Shown here: positions 49,702 to 62,740 of the stretch, in pieces
Numbering within the stretch: the first letter of the stretch is position 1
How the letters are laid out: the number at the start of each line of letters is the position of its first letter
Origin: Dudresnaya verticillata
Lineage: Eukaryota
Length of the DNA: 64,000 nt
Assembly: GCA_977862235.1 (NCBI GenBank)
Contig: OZ374558.1
Coordinates: 1,240,001-1,304,000 of the forward strand
Direction of reading: 5' to 3'
The notes under the pieces: generated by a model
What the model saw: the letters and a program-made list of their open reading frames with translations, nothing else
What the model was told of the DNA's origin: nothing
The model's database searches: none
Program-made: the position numbers and the translations under genes

Positions 49702-52362
49702 TTGGACGGGTCAAGAATGACACCAACAACTAGGAAAGGCTATAACAGGCAAACTAGAAAACCAGTAGCAGGCAAGGAAGTATCCGGATATGTCCTTGCA
49801 ACAGCATTAACAAGCAGGCAGAGGCAGTCCCCGGCTTTCAGACGTTTTGTGGGCCCGCCCTCTGGGTTCCAGGAAGAGAGAGGTCGACCTCGTGATGTCG
49901 ACAGATACAACCCCGGCCGGGTTTCGAAAATTGAGGACACACCGCAATCTCATCCAGACGGTCCTGGGTCGGACGTGTTAACACCGCAAGATGACAGAGC
50001 TGCAAGCAGAAACCCTTCTTGTGCAAAAGAGCCTAAAAGGAGACGGACATCAAGGCGCCTAGGAGAACTCTTACAAAGTCCTGAAGATTTAGCCTTGGGC
50101 CAGACCCGGCCGGGTGATGCCAGATATGAAGAGTCAGCTCCCACAGAAGAGGACGCAACGGATAGTTCCGTTCTGGATTCCAGTGGGCGTGGTTCAGTAA
50201 GACTAGAACTGGAAGAAACACCTGACAGCCGGCAGGCATCCATACCACCAGAGCCCAAGCGTAGGCGTTTAGATGTAAAGACGCCTCGAAGTGTGGCTTA
50301 ATAGCGTATCGTGCAGGCGCCAAAGACGAGTTCGGCCGAACCGGTCGACGTTTCAGATGAGGGAGGAACTGCTGCTCTCGAAAGGCACGTAGAGAAACGC
50401 AGACCCAATTTATCTGGTGGTGAGGGGGACAACACAGCGTTGAACATAAGGAGAGGGCCATCTGAAAATCAAGTTCAGCCTTCTTTCTCGAAGTCAGCTT
50501 CAGGAGCTATTCAGCCTGGCCAGGCAGTCTTGGGAGCTGGTGCAAAGACATCGAGCCACAGCTCAATTCCGGAAACGGTATTGAAGAGTATGGCAAATTA
50601 TCTGAACGATACCATGAAGACATATTTTCAGTCTATCAGGATACCATACTGCAGCGCATTGGATATCTTGAAAGAAAACTATCAGAAGTTAAGTCTGATA
50701 TTGAGGAAATCCGTTGTGTTGAACAGTTTAGGGCGTCCGGGCCCGGACAAGGCTCTCATAAGAAGACTACAAGGGCAGCATTCGAGGAAAATCTTGAGAA
50801 GCTCACACCTCATGCAAGCCTCCTGTTCAACTAGACTGTTATGTGCAGAGTATCAAGCAGCTGCATTTCCTACTATATATCTACTGCTATCTCCAGACAA
50901 GATGATAGGGGCAAAGTGTCGGCCGACATTTTGCGAGCTTTTCTCTTCGCAAAGGAAGTAGACCAAGGAAAGAGGACATTCAAAGAAGCATTGGGAAGAC
51001 GTTTCAGTGCGTTCCGGTACCTCGTCGTGACAAACGCTATATTCAATGAGCAACAGAATCGGTTCCTTCAGTTCAGGCCTTTGACGACGGCAGCGATAGG
51101 AAATGCACAGATTAAGTCAAAGGCTTGAAGCCGGGCGAAGCGGCCGCTTCGCAAACTTCCGGGATGCCAAAATATGTAGATGCATCTGCAGATGGATCCA
51201 TTGATACCCGAATGGATTACCCCGAATGGTTGAAGCCAAAAGTAGTTGTCGAGGAACACATTAAAAACGCGCGGATGCTTTGTGAGACAGGGATGGGTAA
51301 GGGTCATGACGCTGAACGAGGGCCGGCCTGCAACTCGGAGGATATTTCAGAACTCCCCAAGTCTTTGGCTGTGAAAGACATTCCCAATGTTGAGGACATC
51401 GCCCTACATGGAGCTTCGTCACAGATTGGATCCGAAAAGAAGGCAAAAAGCCAAGAACGCGCTAGCAGAGGACCTGAAATACCTAATGGTCAACTGGAAA
51501 CAGCTGAACTGTGGGGGTATTGATCAGACCACAGTGCGAGTGCGCTGGGCTTCAACAGGGTCTGCATAGAATACTTCATCTACCGCGGCCGCGGGGGGGA
51601 ACGCATTCGATCTTGACGATGTGCTTGATATTAGTGACATTCCAGACACGACGAGGAACCCCGGCCAGGCAATAGATATAGACGTCTCTAATACCAACAA
51701 TTACGTTTAACGTAAAATACATTTAACGTTGGTATTAAAGCACGTTTAACGCACTGCTGAAGAAACGCATCGACATGATGTTTAGTGTTTCCCATGATGT
51801 ATTTGTACTGTCGTCAACATCCGGCGGCTGCCGGAGCGCAGATAGGAAATCAAGTAAACGCCAAGGTGCGGAGAAGAATCCACTCAAAAGAATTGTGAAC
51901 CTCATCGAGGTTGCAATGAATTTTTGCGTGGCTTTCACACAAAACTGTTCAAAAGAGTACTCGCCCGAAGTTTTTCTGGGTGCCGACATCAATTCATTGG
52001 AAACAATTGTTGCCTTGGCTCATGTGCTTCGTATGTTGGTGAAGAAGTTTGTGGCTGTTCATTTTGACGCCAGAGGGAGATATCGCGACCGGGACATATC
52101 AACTTCGGTAATTAAGATGGGGTCTTTGTCTCTGGAAACATTGCTGACGAGGAACTCCAACATGAAGCGGGTACTCACGAGCAGGGCACTTCGGATGACT
52201 GAGAAAGCGTACGAAGTGCTGAACATGACCGATGACAACCCTGAGGATAAACGGGCCCCTTGGGGTGATGCTGCAGCCACTGATGGGTGCGGCCGCGACG
52301 ATATTATTGGGCATGGAGCGGAACTCGTGGCTTGCGATACGACTGAAATCATGGAGGTCTAG
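49702..52362 (+). pseudogene. CACTA accessory ORF B, unknown function, fragmented
   Basis: Successive same-strand pieces 49702-50301, 50311-50961, 50841-51128, 51125-51523 and 51775-52362. NLS-like PKRRR occurs twice. Confidence 0.5.
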
Positions 52363-52810
52363 CCGTTAACGGCATTTACGTAAAGGCACAGTCTTCAGCT
52401 GCATCTCACATGTGTTTGTGTGCACACACACAAACATGTTTCAGACGGTTAACCATATCGTTAAACATATGAGTATGAATAATGGAACTTCATATTCTAG
52501 CCCCGTCGCGGCCGCGTGGGGTGAGCAACTCGCAAGGGAGAGAGCATTTTCCAACCCAAATCTTAGGAGAAGACATGCATCAACAATCAAGACAATCATG
52601 TCAAGTGAGAACTTGGCTAGAGCTCATTTACTCAACGACATAGAATGTAAACATCTACTGATGTGCACGTTCCAGCACCGCACGGAACTACTAACTACTA
52701 GTAGTTCAAGCAACTGCGCTATGCATACTCCAAATGCATGTTAACAATCTTGCATGAAAAGGGCGACCGCCCTTTTCGAGAACGGTCTCAAAGAACCAGG
52801 TCCGGCCAGA

Positions 52811-55800
52811 CTAGGCATCAACCACTGCGATAAGGACCATTACTGGTGACTTCGGTGATCCATTAGGGTAGCGACCATGGTCAGTTGCAACTGCGGCATG
52901 CCGGTCTGCGGACCATCCATCCCGAAGGCAGTTGTGCTGATACCCTCCGCCGCGACCGTCGTGCGCTGAATACCGTGGGGGGCCCACGACTCGGCGCAGC
53001 CGGGCGGGGCGCATAGTCCGGGCCATAGCCAGGGCTATATCCATCAACAGATTCATCGTAACCGCGCGGGGCTCCGCGGCGTCTATCTTGGTACCCATGG
53101 CACTGTTGCCCATATTCCCGACTATAGTCGCGCAGATGTGCCTCTAGAGAAGCTCCATGCTCTTGGTACTCACTCTCACGATAACCCCGAGTGTTATAGC
53201 GCTCATGGTATGCATTGTAACCGTATTGATTGCGGTTGCGATAGCCATGATCATTGTTATAACTGTGATATTCGTGATAATCGTCACGATCTTGATGGCG
53301 CACTGATCCTTGATATCCATCGCGATGCGCACTGCTTGTAGGATGTCTGTCACGATTACCCGTGCTCGGCCGGGCCCGGCTGGCCCCGAGCCCCGGGCTG
53401 CAGAAAAGCGATGACAATCGTCGTACCGGTAAGGCGCTGCGGGGCAGTGCCTCTTGTCCTGCCTGCCCAACAAAGCGATTAAGATAGTCTCTCTCGCTCG
53501 AACGGGAGCCAATTTCTCAAGCACCCCATTTAAGTTGCGCGTGGTATGAGTCAAAGTCTCAAACATGCGGCTGGCCAGCTGCTCCACCGTCTCGAAACCG
53601 GCATCCATCCAACCGTGGAGGTGGGCGTATGTCTTCAGACCTTGAATCATTCTCAGGTCGGGGCCAGTGAGACGCAGGGGAAGCGGTGTGGATGTATGTA
53701 CTTCCTGGCGACGAACTTGACACACAGAGAGTCTCACGTGTCGACACTTGGGGTCCAGAACGAACTTCTTTCCTGGGCGCCCATCGCAGATGACGTTTCC
53801 TGTTCCAATCTTAGCCTCCACGAAGAAACTGTTTCTTATCCCTTCAAAAGGCATGACAACTTCGAGGCGCTGCATCACCTCAAGCCCCAGCGCCGCAAAT
53901 ATCCGAGTCACGATCACCTGACAGTCAATGCGGCCGAATTTTCCAGTTTCGTCGGCTGCGGTGACAATCTCAACCTTTTCGGGTGTATCCCTGATTAGGA
54001 TGATGGCATCGCGACCAAGGATAAACGCACGGCCTCCGTGGATGGCTTCGTTGTGCCATATTGCTGTGATGAGCGCGAGAATCGCCACCTTGAAAACATC
54101 TCAAAGCCGTTGGCGATGTTTCTCATCATGTCCACTCACCATCTCCTGATGGTAGTACCAAACACAAAGCGGTAGCGGGACAGGAAGAGCAGGAGGTAGC
54201 TTGAGGTTGGCCAGCCATTCAGGCACAGCCTGGAAATTTTCCTGCATCTCTTCCAAAGTATACTTCTTGGTCTCAAATGAGTCCTATCGTACCAGCAGCT
54301 TGCATGCCTCCCGACACCATGCATCATACACGAAGTCTAGTCTATGCTTGAAGGCATTTCACCACCGACCCAGGATAGGGTCAGCGAACAACGGAAGGTC
54401 ATTGACAGGGCGGGCCCGCTCTTCTGACATATACTTTGACATGTTACTGTAATAGTAGCACTCCACATCCGCCCTCGAAAATGTGCGATCACCTTGCATC
54501 GCAGATGGCAACTCATACCACGGTCTCTCGCTTCCCACGAGTGACTACGCATCGTTGGCAGATAGTTGATCCTTGTCAAACAGCTTAAGGAACCTTAACA
54601 TGTCTGCTTTCATATTAGGGAGGTCCCTTCGCACGTACTAGGTGGACGACAAACTCCTCTGCATCATTGTCTTCCATTCCTATTGCGTGTTGAGGCGATT
54701 GACATCAAGTGTTTTCTAATCAAGCTTATTCCGGATCTAATGCGCGGTCGCGCTTCATCGAGGCCGTCGTTGCACACGCGGAAGATTCGCCCGTGAAGAC
54801 TCGAAAGTTGGGACAAGCGCCATCTGCACAGCGGCATGCTGCGCAGAATACTGCGCCACTGCAGCGGTGTCGCGTTCAGTATCCATTGCATCTTCTTGCC
54901 CGGCCGGGACTGCTCCAGAACCGCTAGCTTAAACTTCGCCCTCTGTGCGCTTCAGAGCACTCATGGATTCAGCATACGTTAAGTATGGCTGCGACGTTAC
55001 CTCCATCCGGTGCGGAGTAGGAGGGCGGTAGTCAATGCTTCGTTCGCGCTCCAACTCAACAGCATCAGGGACGGACATTGTGGGTGTTACACGCTCTTGA
55101 GAAGCAACAACGGGACCTGCAATCTTGGCAATATCATGACCATCGTTCGGGGTAGCAGGCGCACATCGGACCTGTTCGAGAGGAGCGGAGCCGGCAGGGC
55201 CCTGTCCGCGCGTTGAAGCTCCTGTGCCACGGCTCGGCGAGGCGCTATCCTTGCGCTTCTTTAGAATGGCATGCCTTTCTGACTCCAGCAGCATCTCCAT
55301 CTTCCTCTAGAGAGGCCTGAATCCAGGCAGCAGTTCCGATGGAACATTCGCTCGTGGAGTCCCAACCGGATTTCCTCTTGCGGTTGTAGCGCCGCTGTCG
55401 TACTGGACACAAATACAACCTCTTTATCTTCTGCTTCTCGCATCCCAAGGTCCTTGGGAGGGGCTGTAGAGGCCCCGGCTGCATTATCGCTCGAGGCGAC
55501 GCCGGCCGGCCAGCCCATGAGAGCTGATGGGGTTTCTGAAGCATCAGCGGGTGCCACGCTTATGATGTTACCCTTCCGTTTAAGCCGATTGTCGTTATGC
55601 GAAGTAGCCTTACCTCCCGATCCCGTAGCCGCGGCATCTCTAGATCTAGTAGTTGCAGAGCGGCTTCGAGAACTGCTGCGAGTCTTGACGCTACTTTCCA
55701 CCTGCTTCTTCTTATCGAGACCAGGGCTTGTCCTCTTGTTACGCGCTCCCACACTGTCCTCATCAACTTGGCCAAAGAGCTTCTTCTTAACGAGAATCGG

Positions 55801-56229
55801 CTTGGGCGTGATGCTGCTCGAATTGCGAGCTGGCACGGCCGCGCCTGCAGGCCTACATGCAGGTCGCCCGGTCTGCGCTGCCGAGCCTTTCGCAAACTCT
55901 GCACGTACTCCAGCGACAGCAACATGTTGAACTGCAGATCCCTTAGCCACTGATGCCTTCTCCTGCGGTGAAGCCGCGATGCTCTTGTTCTGCGTTGATG
56001 AAGGGTTTATCTTATTATGCGGTGACGCAGCGTCCTTATCAGCGGACTTGTCGGCCTTTCCAATACCATCATTGAAGGCGGCGGCCGCCGCGCGATTATG
56101 TACGACACGTTCGCTGACCATAGCGGAGCTGGGCTGCGTTTCCCGCAATGCCCGTGTGTGGAGGGGAGGAGAGAGAAACCAGCGGTGATGCACAGCGGAG
56201 TCTCTCGCCTTGCGGTTTAGAGCTCCCAT
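52811..56229 (-). pseudogene. CACTA accessory ORF C: basic disordered N-terminus, globular core, Tyr/Arg/Gly/His-rich C-terminal tail
   Basis: Pieces 55261-56229, 54929-55300, 53144-54088 and 52881-53417 (YHEYHSYNNDHGYRNRNQYGYNAYHERY...). Confidence 0.5.
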
Positions 56230-56883
56230 ACTAGTGTGTAGTGCGGGCTTGGGTGGGGGGTGGCGACCTTATGATGCCATGGCAGCCGCGGCGGGCCCTC
56301 GGGCATATAACGTCTTCGTCGGCAGGCTGATTTGTTCACCGACGGAGTGCAGTTCGGCCGAACAAGAATTCCATGGCCTCCCATTGGTGCAGGGTAAATC
56401 TAGGCCGCGTGCTTTTGTTGTTAAAACCACAGCTTTTCCTGGCCAGGCACGTACGTTCAGCCGCAGCTCTGTGTGTTTGGTCCGCAGACCAGACCGGCCT
56501 GAAAGGGTATTTTTTGGACAAATCATCTTTGCAGGGCCATCAAATGCGTGTGCGTGCACGTAACCGTCCCATCACAGTGGCTGTACGCGTATACCGATTC
56601 ATGGCTGCTGGAAACTGCAGCAATGACGTGTGTATTGCACTGCAGTCGGGCCCGACTGCAGCTGAAAATACGAAAAAGGCGGGCACGCCCGAGTCGTGGC
56701 TGTGCAGCGCGTGCCTCATTACGATTTGAATGAAGCTTGTGGCGTAGCAACGCGGTCGCCTTTCAAAGTCCTCAAACTGCGGAAACCGACAAACAGCTTT
56801 GCAGCGGCGACGCCCGAACGCCCATTCTGTACAGATTTCTATAGCAATTGGAGCTCCGAATCCGTTCACGTCCGTGAGCGGGA

Positions 56884-59800
56884 ATGGACGGAAGGAACCG
56901 AAAGAAGTTTCAGGGGCGACGCAAAACTCGACTTCGCTCATGGATGGATAGCGTTGGAATTCGAAGCGACTTGAAAGAGCTGTTTCGCCTTGAAAGTTCA
57001 AACGACGCAATTGTAGATAAGTTCACAAGAGATGCAAGCCCTGCCAATAAAGGTATCGCGGCCGCGACTGCGACACATGGAGATGTCCCTGGGGCAGCTG
57101 TCAAATCGGGCGACGCGGGGCATTGTCGAACATTAGCACTTCCTCCGGGCCACAGAGCGGGTCAAGAGCAAGATCCGCCCCATTTCTCTGACAACGAAAG
57201 TGCGTACGACAGAGAGGGGCCCCTTGGCAACGTTGATGGAGGTACAACTGGTGGCAATCATGCAGATGAGCTTTCCTTACAAGGGTCAGACAGTGACGAC
57301 TCGGAGAATAACTTGCCTCCCGAAGTATTCGAGACGTTTGAAGATATCATGGACTTAGGAACCGGAGAGTCAGTGAGACGCTGGCAGACTGATCTGTTTC
57401 GAGAACACGCACCACCGAAAGAACTCACGGCCGGCCGGCCGAGCGAAGACACACATTCAGATTCCCGGAACACGCTGTCGAGGAAGGATGTGAAGAAGTT
57501 GCTGCACCGCCGCAAAGACTTGCTGAATTGGGAAAACCTCTTCGCTCCTGTCACCATCTGCGGAAGCCTTCGACTTACGGTTAGACAGTATGCAACGGTT
57601 CAACGATTAGGACATTGACTTCTTCGCGAGGCCTCACTTCCAGCTTATTCGATCGTTCAGCGCACACGTTTCCCGTTCGCAATCAAGCAGTGCTTCCCTC
57701 TAAGCCGCATTGTCTCCCTTCCCGTGACTTTGGCTGATCTCAAGAGAGAACAGAAGGTATTGTGTTCACAACGTATTCCGAGCAATGCCCCGGCGATGGG
57801 ACTCGCAGGAGGAGGACATTTGCGAATGAGCGGAGTGGAGCGGCCGCTTTCATGCGCGCATCATCCGCTATGCAAGAAGCTTCCACTCCGGAGCTGAATG
57901 GCGACCATAATGAAAGGCATTATGGCTTTGGGAACCGTCACATGACAGCTCGCAAGTTTGCTCCAGTGAAGATCGTGTGCCCATCGGAATGGGCAAAGAT
58001 GGATATTGTCACCTTCCCAGTCTTTTAAGAAATGTTTCCATCTTTCGACACAACCGACCCCGGCCGGGATCCTGCTCCAGATGACTGCATTGAGATCACT
58101 AGAGTTGTTCGCAGGCGCGAGGATTTCATCTCCGCAGCGAATTGTTTGTTCGTGAAGAATAGGAAGAAGGTGTTTGGGGCCGTCCCGGGTGTTCCAATTG
58201 AGGTCATCTGCGGAAACGTTCCGCGATGTGTCGCCAAAACACCCACCAAATTCTATTGCCTGCGAACTTACTTTCAGAAAACACGGAAAACACCTCGCTT
58301 CAGGCACTATCTCGGCGACATAGTTCGTAGGTAGTAATGGGAAAGAGAGATCAAGTCCCACCAAAGCATTTGTGGCCGCAAAGGGAGTTGAGAAAGATAT
58401 AATCAAGCTCATCAGCACCGCCTACAATCCTTCATGCGCCCTGTCCGGTTGTAGCGAGCATCGCGGAGAGGATGCGCCTCTAGTGTCGAGTACGTCGCTG
58501 TGCACGGCCGTGATACCATGGCATTTGTGCACCCTGTTTCGTGTTGATTCAAGCCGGCCATCCAACTTCATTGCTTGCGTTCTTTTGAATAGATTCTGGC
58601 GATACAGGGACGGTGAACCATCTGAGTTGTTGGTTTGGATAGATCTCGACAACAGCTGGAATTCTGGCGTCGAGTACTGCGGAACAGACCTGGCGTACCA
58701 GGTGGTCAAGGAAACAACTCCAGTTACGGTTGTGTGTCTCCCTCAATGTACAGACCACAGAGAAAGAGAGCTGCGTAGAAGAATTCAGGAAAGCGATTCT
58801 CCACTGGACTTCAGTTCTCGGCCGAGAAACTTGGGGGTACTCCCTTCAGGGAAGAGGTACGTTGTATACCGCGTTTTGTTATACTGTGATGATTTTCAGC
58901 CATGCACGGCCCTTCTTCCCCAGGGCTCTGTGGGGGGTGTTTACATGCTGACCTTGGGACTTTCTCCTCGCAAGCGCGCGAAGCGATCGGCTGTCCAGCT
59001 CATCTTGTTAACTTCTCCAGGGATCAGTTGCAACGAAGTGTTACGATACATTATTCCCGATCTTGTGATGAGCGCGAAAGACGGGATTGTTGGCTGCACT
59101 CCGAATGCCGATCCCATGAGAATATTTGTTGACCCCGTGGGGTTCATCGCTGACTATCCAGCGGCCGCCAAGACTACTGATGTCATCGGACACGTAGGTA
59201 TGGCATCCTGCACACATTGTAATTTCCGGAGAGTCCTCAACGAAGTATGCAGCAAGTCTGGCTACACAGTGCAACTGCACACCCAGCACGCTTCAAGTCT
59301 ACGGTTTCAGGAACGGCATGATGCTATTCGCGAGAGTGGAATTTGTCGTGCCCAGGCTTCTCGTCTCGGTTTCTCTAAGGAAGAAGATGGAATTAAGTCG
59401 CTTATACTTCCCCGAGAACTGCAACACGCTGGGCCCATCGTCGTGACAAACCAGAGCGGAGACTTGGTTCCGCCCTGCATGTTCGACCCGTACCGCTCGC
59501 AGTTGATAGCCCCAGATCATTTCCTTACTGGTCTCGCGAAAAATACTCTGAGCGCTTGTTTCGGAGCCCTGACGAGGGAAGGGCAAGGCATTGCCGACGT
59601 CTTGATATGCCAAGCCCTTGGAGACAACGGCCTCTTAACGCAGAACCCAGTGTTCTAAAGAACGTTACACAGCATGAAACTCTCCGAACTCTACTGCGTT
59701 CTTGTCGTCTCAGTTCCAGTGTTCCGCCTAACGCTCGGCGCTCCACGTGAAGCGTATCATTTAGCTACTTTGTTGCAAACCTTGGTGGTGTTAACGTTCT

Positions 59801-61030
59801 GGTGGCCAGAAGCAGAGATTGATGGAATTGAAGCTGTGGACAACATACGTGAAGACGGCGGCCGCTGTTACTTAGAAGACTTGCAGCAACGCTCAGAACA
59901 GTATGTAGCTTTGCGCAATAGCTACATAGAAGGTTGTAATTTTGGTAACGACTTGGACAAGCCAAACCTCTATAGGACTCTCGAGCTGTACTACCACACA
60001 ATACCGCTATTCGGGCTTGCAAGACACTTCATGGAACTCGTGTTCGAATGCGCACATTCCCGGCTGAAGAGATGCGTTGCTCGAAGCAATCACCATAACG
60101 CCCACATTTCAGCTGTTGTATATGTGCTCGGCAACCACTGGCAAGGCAGGGTTTTCCTCCTGCGTCATGGGATGAGGACCGCTGTCTAGCGCTCTGGTAT
60201 GTTGTGTCTCAGGAGTCTCCGGCGACTGCTTCTCGGGCCCGAGATCAGTCACGCTCCGGATATTGACAGAGAAGTACAGAATTTGATCAAGTGGATGGAT
60301 GAGAAGATCGAAGAGGTCTTCGTAGAGCCAGTTGTGGAGAAGCGTCGAGCCGACGGGAAAGTCAGTGCCTCTTGGTCGTGCACGGACGCCGAATGGATCT
60401 CCGCAAAGTAGATGAAAGGAGGAAATATGGCCTAGAGAGTAAGTTCTTCTGGTGATACTTGGGAAGAAATCTTTGAGGATGCAATTGCCGCAGTGGAGCA
60501 AGCGTTTCCAGATTTCGGGGAGAGTGCGGCCGCACCTATCCTGTTCAAAGGTGCGAGACGTGTCCGGAAGACGAGCGTTGCAGGCCCGCAGCGCTCGTAC
60601 AAACATGACTCCATTGAGAAAGGATCCGTCGTTCAGTGCATACTGCTACCCAGTGGGGACTGGAACAAGGTGATGGTACCAACAGGGGCATGGGTGTATC
60701 CAATACTATGCAGTATTGGCTTGCTTCGAATGGGGTGGCAATGGAGCTTGGGCTATCGTAGCTGGATGAAATTGGGACGAGAGAAAACTGCAAGTTCGCA
60801 AGGCCTTGCGATGCAGCGAACTTAAAGTTCTCAAGATGACGAATGGAGTGCGAATAATTGGGTTGCACCACAAGTGTGCATTTCGGGAAGGGAACGGAGT
60901 GTCGAGTCCAGAGTTGTCCTGCGAGGTAGATTTGGAGCAGCGGAGAGTTCGTCACTCAGAATCGCTTGTAGAAGGAGGTACCTTCACGTACCAGACAAGA
61001 GCACATGGATATCCACCACGAATGGCATAG
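56884..61030 (+). pseudogene. CACTA/Plavaka-type (TnpD-like) transposase, disrupted
   Basis: YRVLLYCDDF, SVGGVYMLTLGL, GFIADYPAAAK, GHVGMASCTHC, IAPDHFLTGLAK, KPNLYR, FMELVFECAHSRLKR, in the expected order. Confidence 0.8.
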
Positions 61031-61714
61031 ATGAAGCACGGTCGTGCTACTCGCATGTCATAGTGGACGACCTCAACCGCGCGACCGCGCGACCGCACCC
61101 CCGCGCCCCCACGCGACCAACGTGCTGCCTGCACGCAGGCGCGGCCCGTGTGACCAGCACGGCGTGACCGCGCAGGCTATTGTGCGTGAAATGGGTGTCA
61201 ACAACGGGCAGAGGGTATACGAACCCGCTGGCAAACGCAGCGCGCTGCGCATGGCCGCGGCCGCAGTTCTGCGCTATATGTGATAAGTAGAAAGCATGAA
61301 GTAAAGCATTAAGAATCAAGAATCACCACAAGCATTGCCATAGATTGATCCGGTATCCACATGGAACGGCCGTTTCGGAACCAAAAGACAATGCATAAAT
61401 TCGTTGCGAGATGGGAGCGCACATTGGAATCAATTACAATGCGGTGGCAATGCGTCAAAACTGTCAGGGTAATGCGCTAACTACTAACAATGTGCGATTT
61501 GATTCAGAGCAACAACGCATGCGCAGCACGAATTTTAATGGCGGGTTAGCATAATTATTAATGGGTGGCAGCATTCTGAATCAATTTCTGGCACACTTTT
61601 TTGGGCCAGATCCATTACAATGTCGTGCTGCATTTCCTTTGCATGTCCATTTATTTCATTTGATTATTTTGTAATTGCTCTCGTAGTGAGTGAAAGCAGC
61701 AAAACCACTTAATT

Positions 61715-62740
61715 TCAGGGGCGTTGTTCCACAAACGTGACTGCTTCAGGCAGAAATGGATTTCCAACCACTACTGGCATGCTGTGGAAGGGGTAGTCGG
61801 TTCTGGATGGGTGGTCTTCTTCGTTGTGCAGGAGAAGGACGTCATTAGACTTCTTAACGCGAGACAGGGCGATATAGACCTGATCTGGAGAGAAGAAGTT
61901 GGATCGCAAGTCCACGATAATCTTGCGCAACGTTTGGCCTTGTGACTTGTACACTGTAGCACTAAATGCTAGACGAAGCGGAAAATGCCTGCGGGTAACT
62001 CGAACGCAGTGGAAGTCAAACTGGAAGTCGACACGGTGTAGCGCGTAAGTTGCCACTTCCTCCTTATCCCCGCTTTCGTTCAGCTTGGCCACGTAAACCA
62101 TTCTTTTACTGTAGCGCTTGACCACGAACATTGCACCGTTAACAATTTACGGGTGTAGAACATTCCGTATTACCATTACCGGGACACCAAACTTCAGTTT
62201 CAATTCATGCGGAGGTACCCCAGTGGGCATGTACCGTTAGGTCATCTCTGGAACGATGGTGGTCCCGACTGGGTTTTCATCTCTGTTACGGCCGCGGATT
62301 GGAACGATACTTGTAGCGGAACGCAGTGAGAACGAACTGCCCGGGAAGCGGTCCGAGCACTCTGTGCTGTGCTTGTCGACCAGTGCATTTGTCGGGCACA
62401 CAATCATACGGTTAAGTTCGACGTGTGCAGGGTTGTGTGTTACTGCCCACTTCCATACAATTTCGTACGAAGCTTGTATCTTCCCCGTCGAAGATGGTGG
62501 AAGCTTGCTTGTTGTAGGAAACCTTCCAGTAGCGATTGACATGAGCAGCCGGCTGAATCTCTGATCTTCTGCCTGACGAACTTGTTGAGTAATGCGCAGC
62601 AACTTCACAGCCTGCCAGAGGGAGGATGCCCAAGGTAGTTCGTCTAGTAAGGACACGTTGACGTATTCCTTGTTTCCATGCTCGTCTTCTTGAAGCCTCC
62701 GCGACGGAACAACTGGCAACAGCTGAAGGTAGTCACCTGC
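61715..62740 (-). mobile_element. Helitron-type Pif1 helicase, C-terminal half, disrupted
   Basis: GDYLQLLPVV, QQVRQAED, CPTNALVD, GVPPHELKLKFGVPVMVIRN, RRHFPLRLAFSATVYKSQGQTL, QVYIALSRV. Confidence 0.9.

Larger units (their letters stand above)
47219..61688 (+). mobile_element. CACTA/EnSpm (CMC) DNA transposon, 14470 bp, with 2-bp AG target duplication
   Basis: AG|CACTACGA at 47217-47226 and TCGTAGTG|AG at 61681-61690. Both ends have AT-rich subterminal zones rich in GCATT/AATGC and GAATC/GATTC. An internal CACTA-type transposase is present. Confidence 0.85.
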
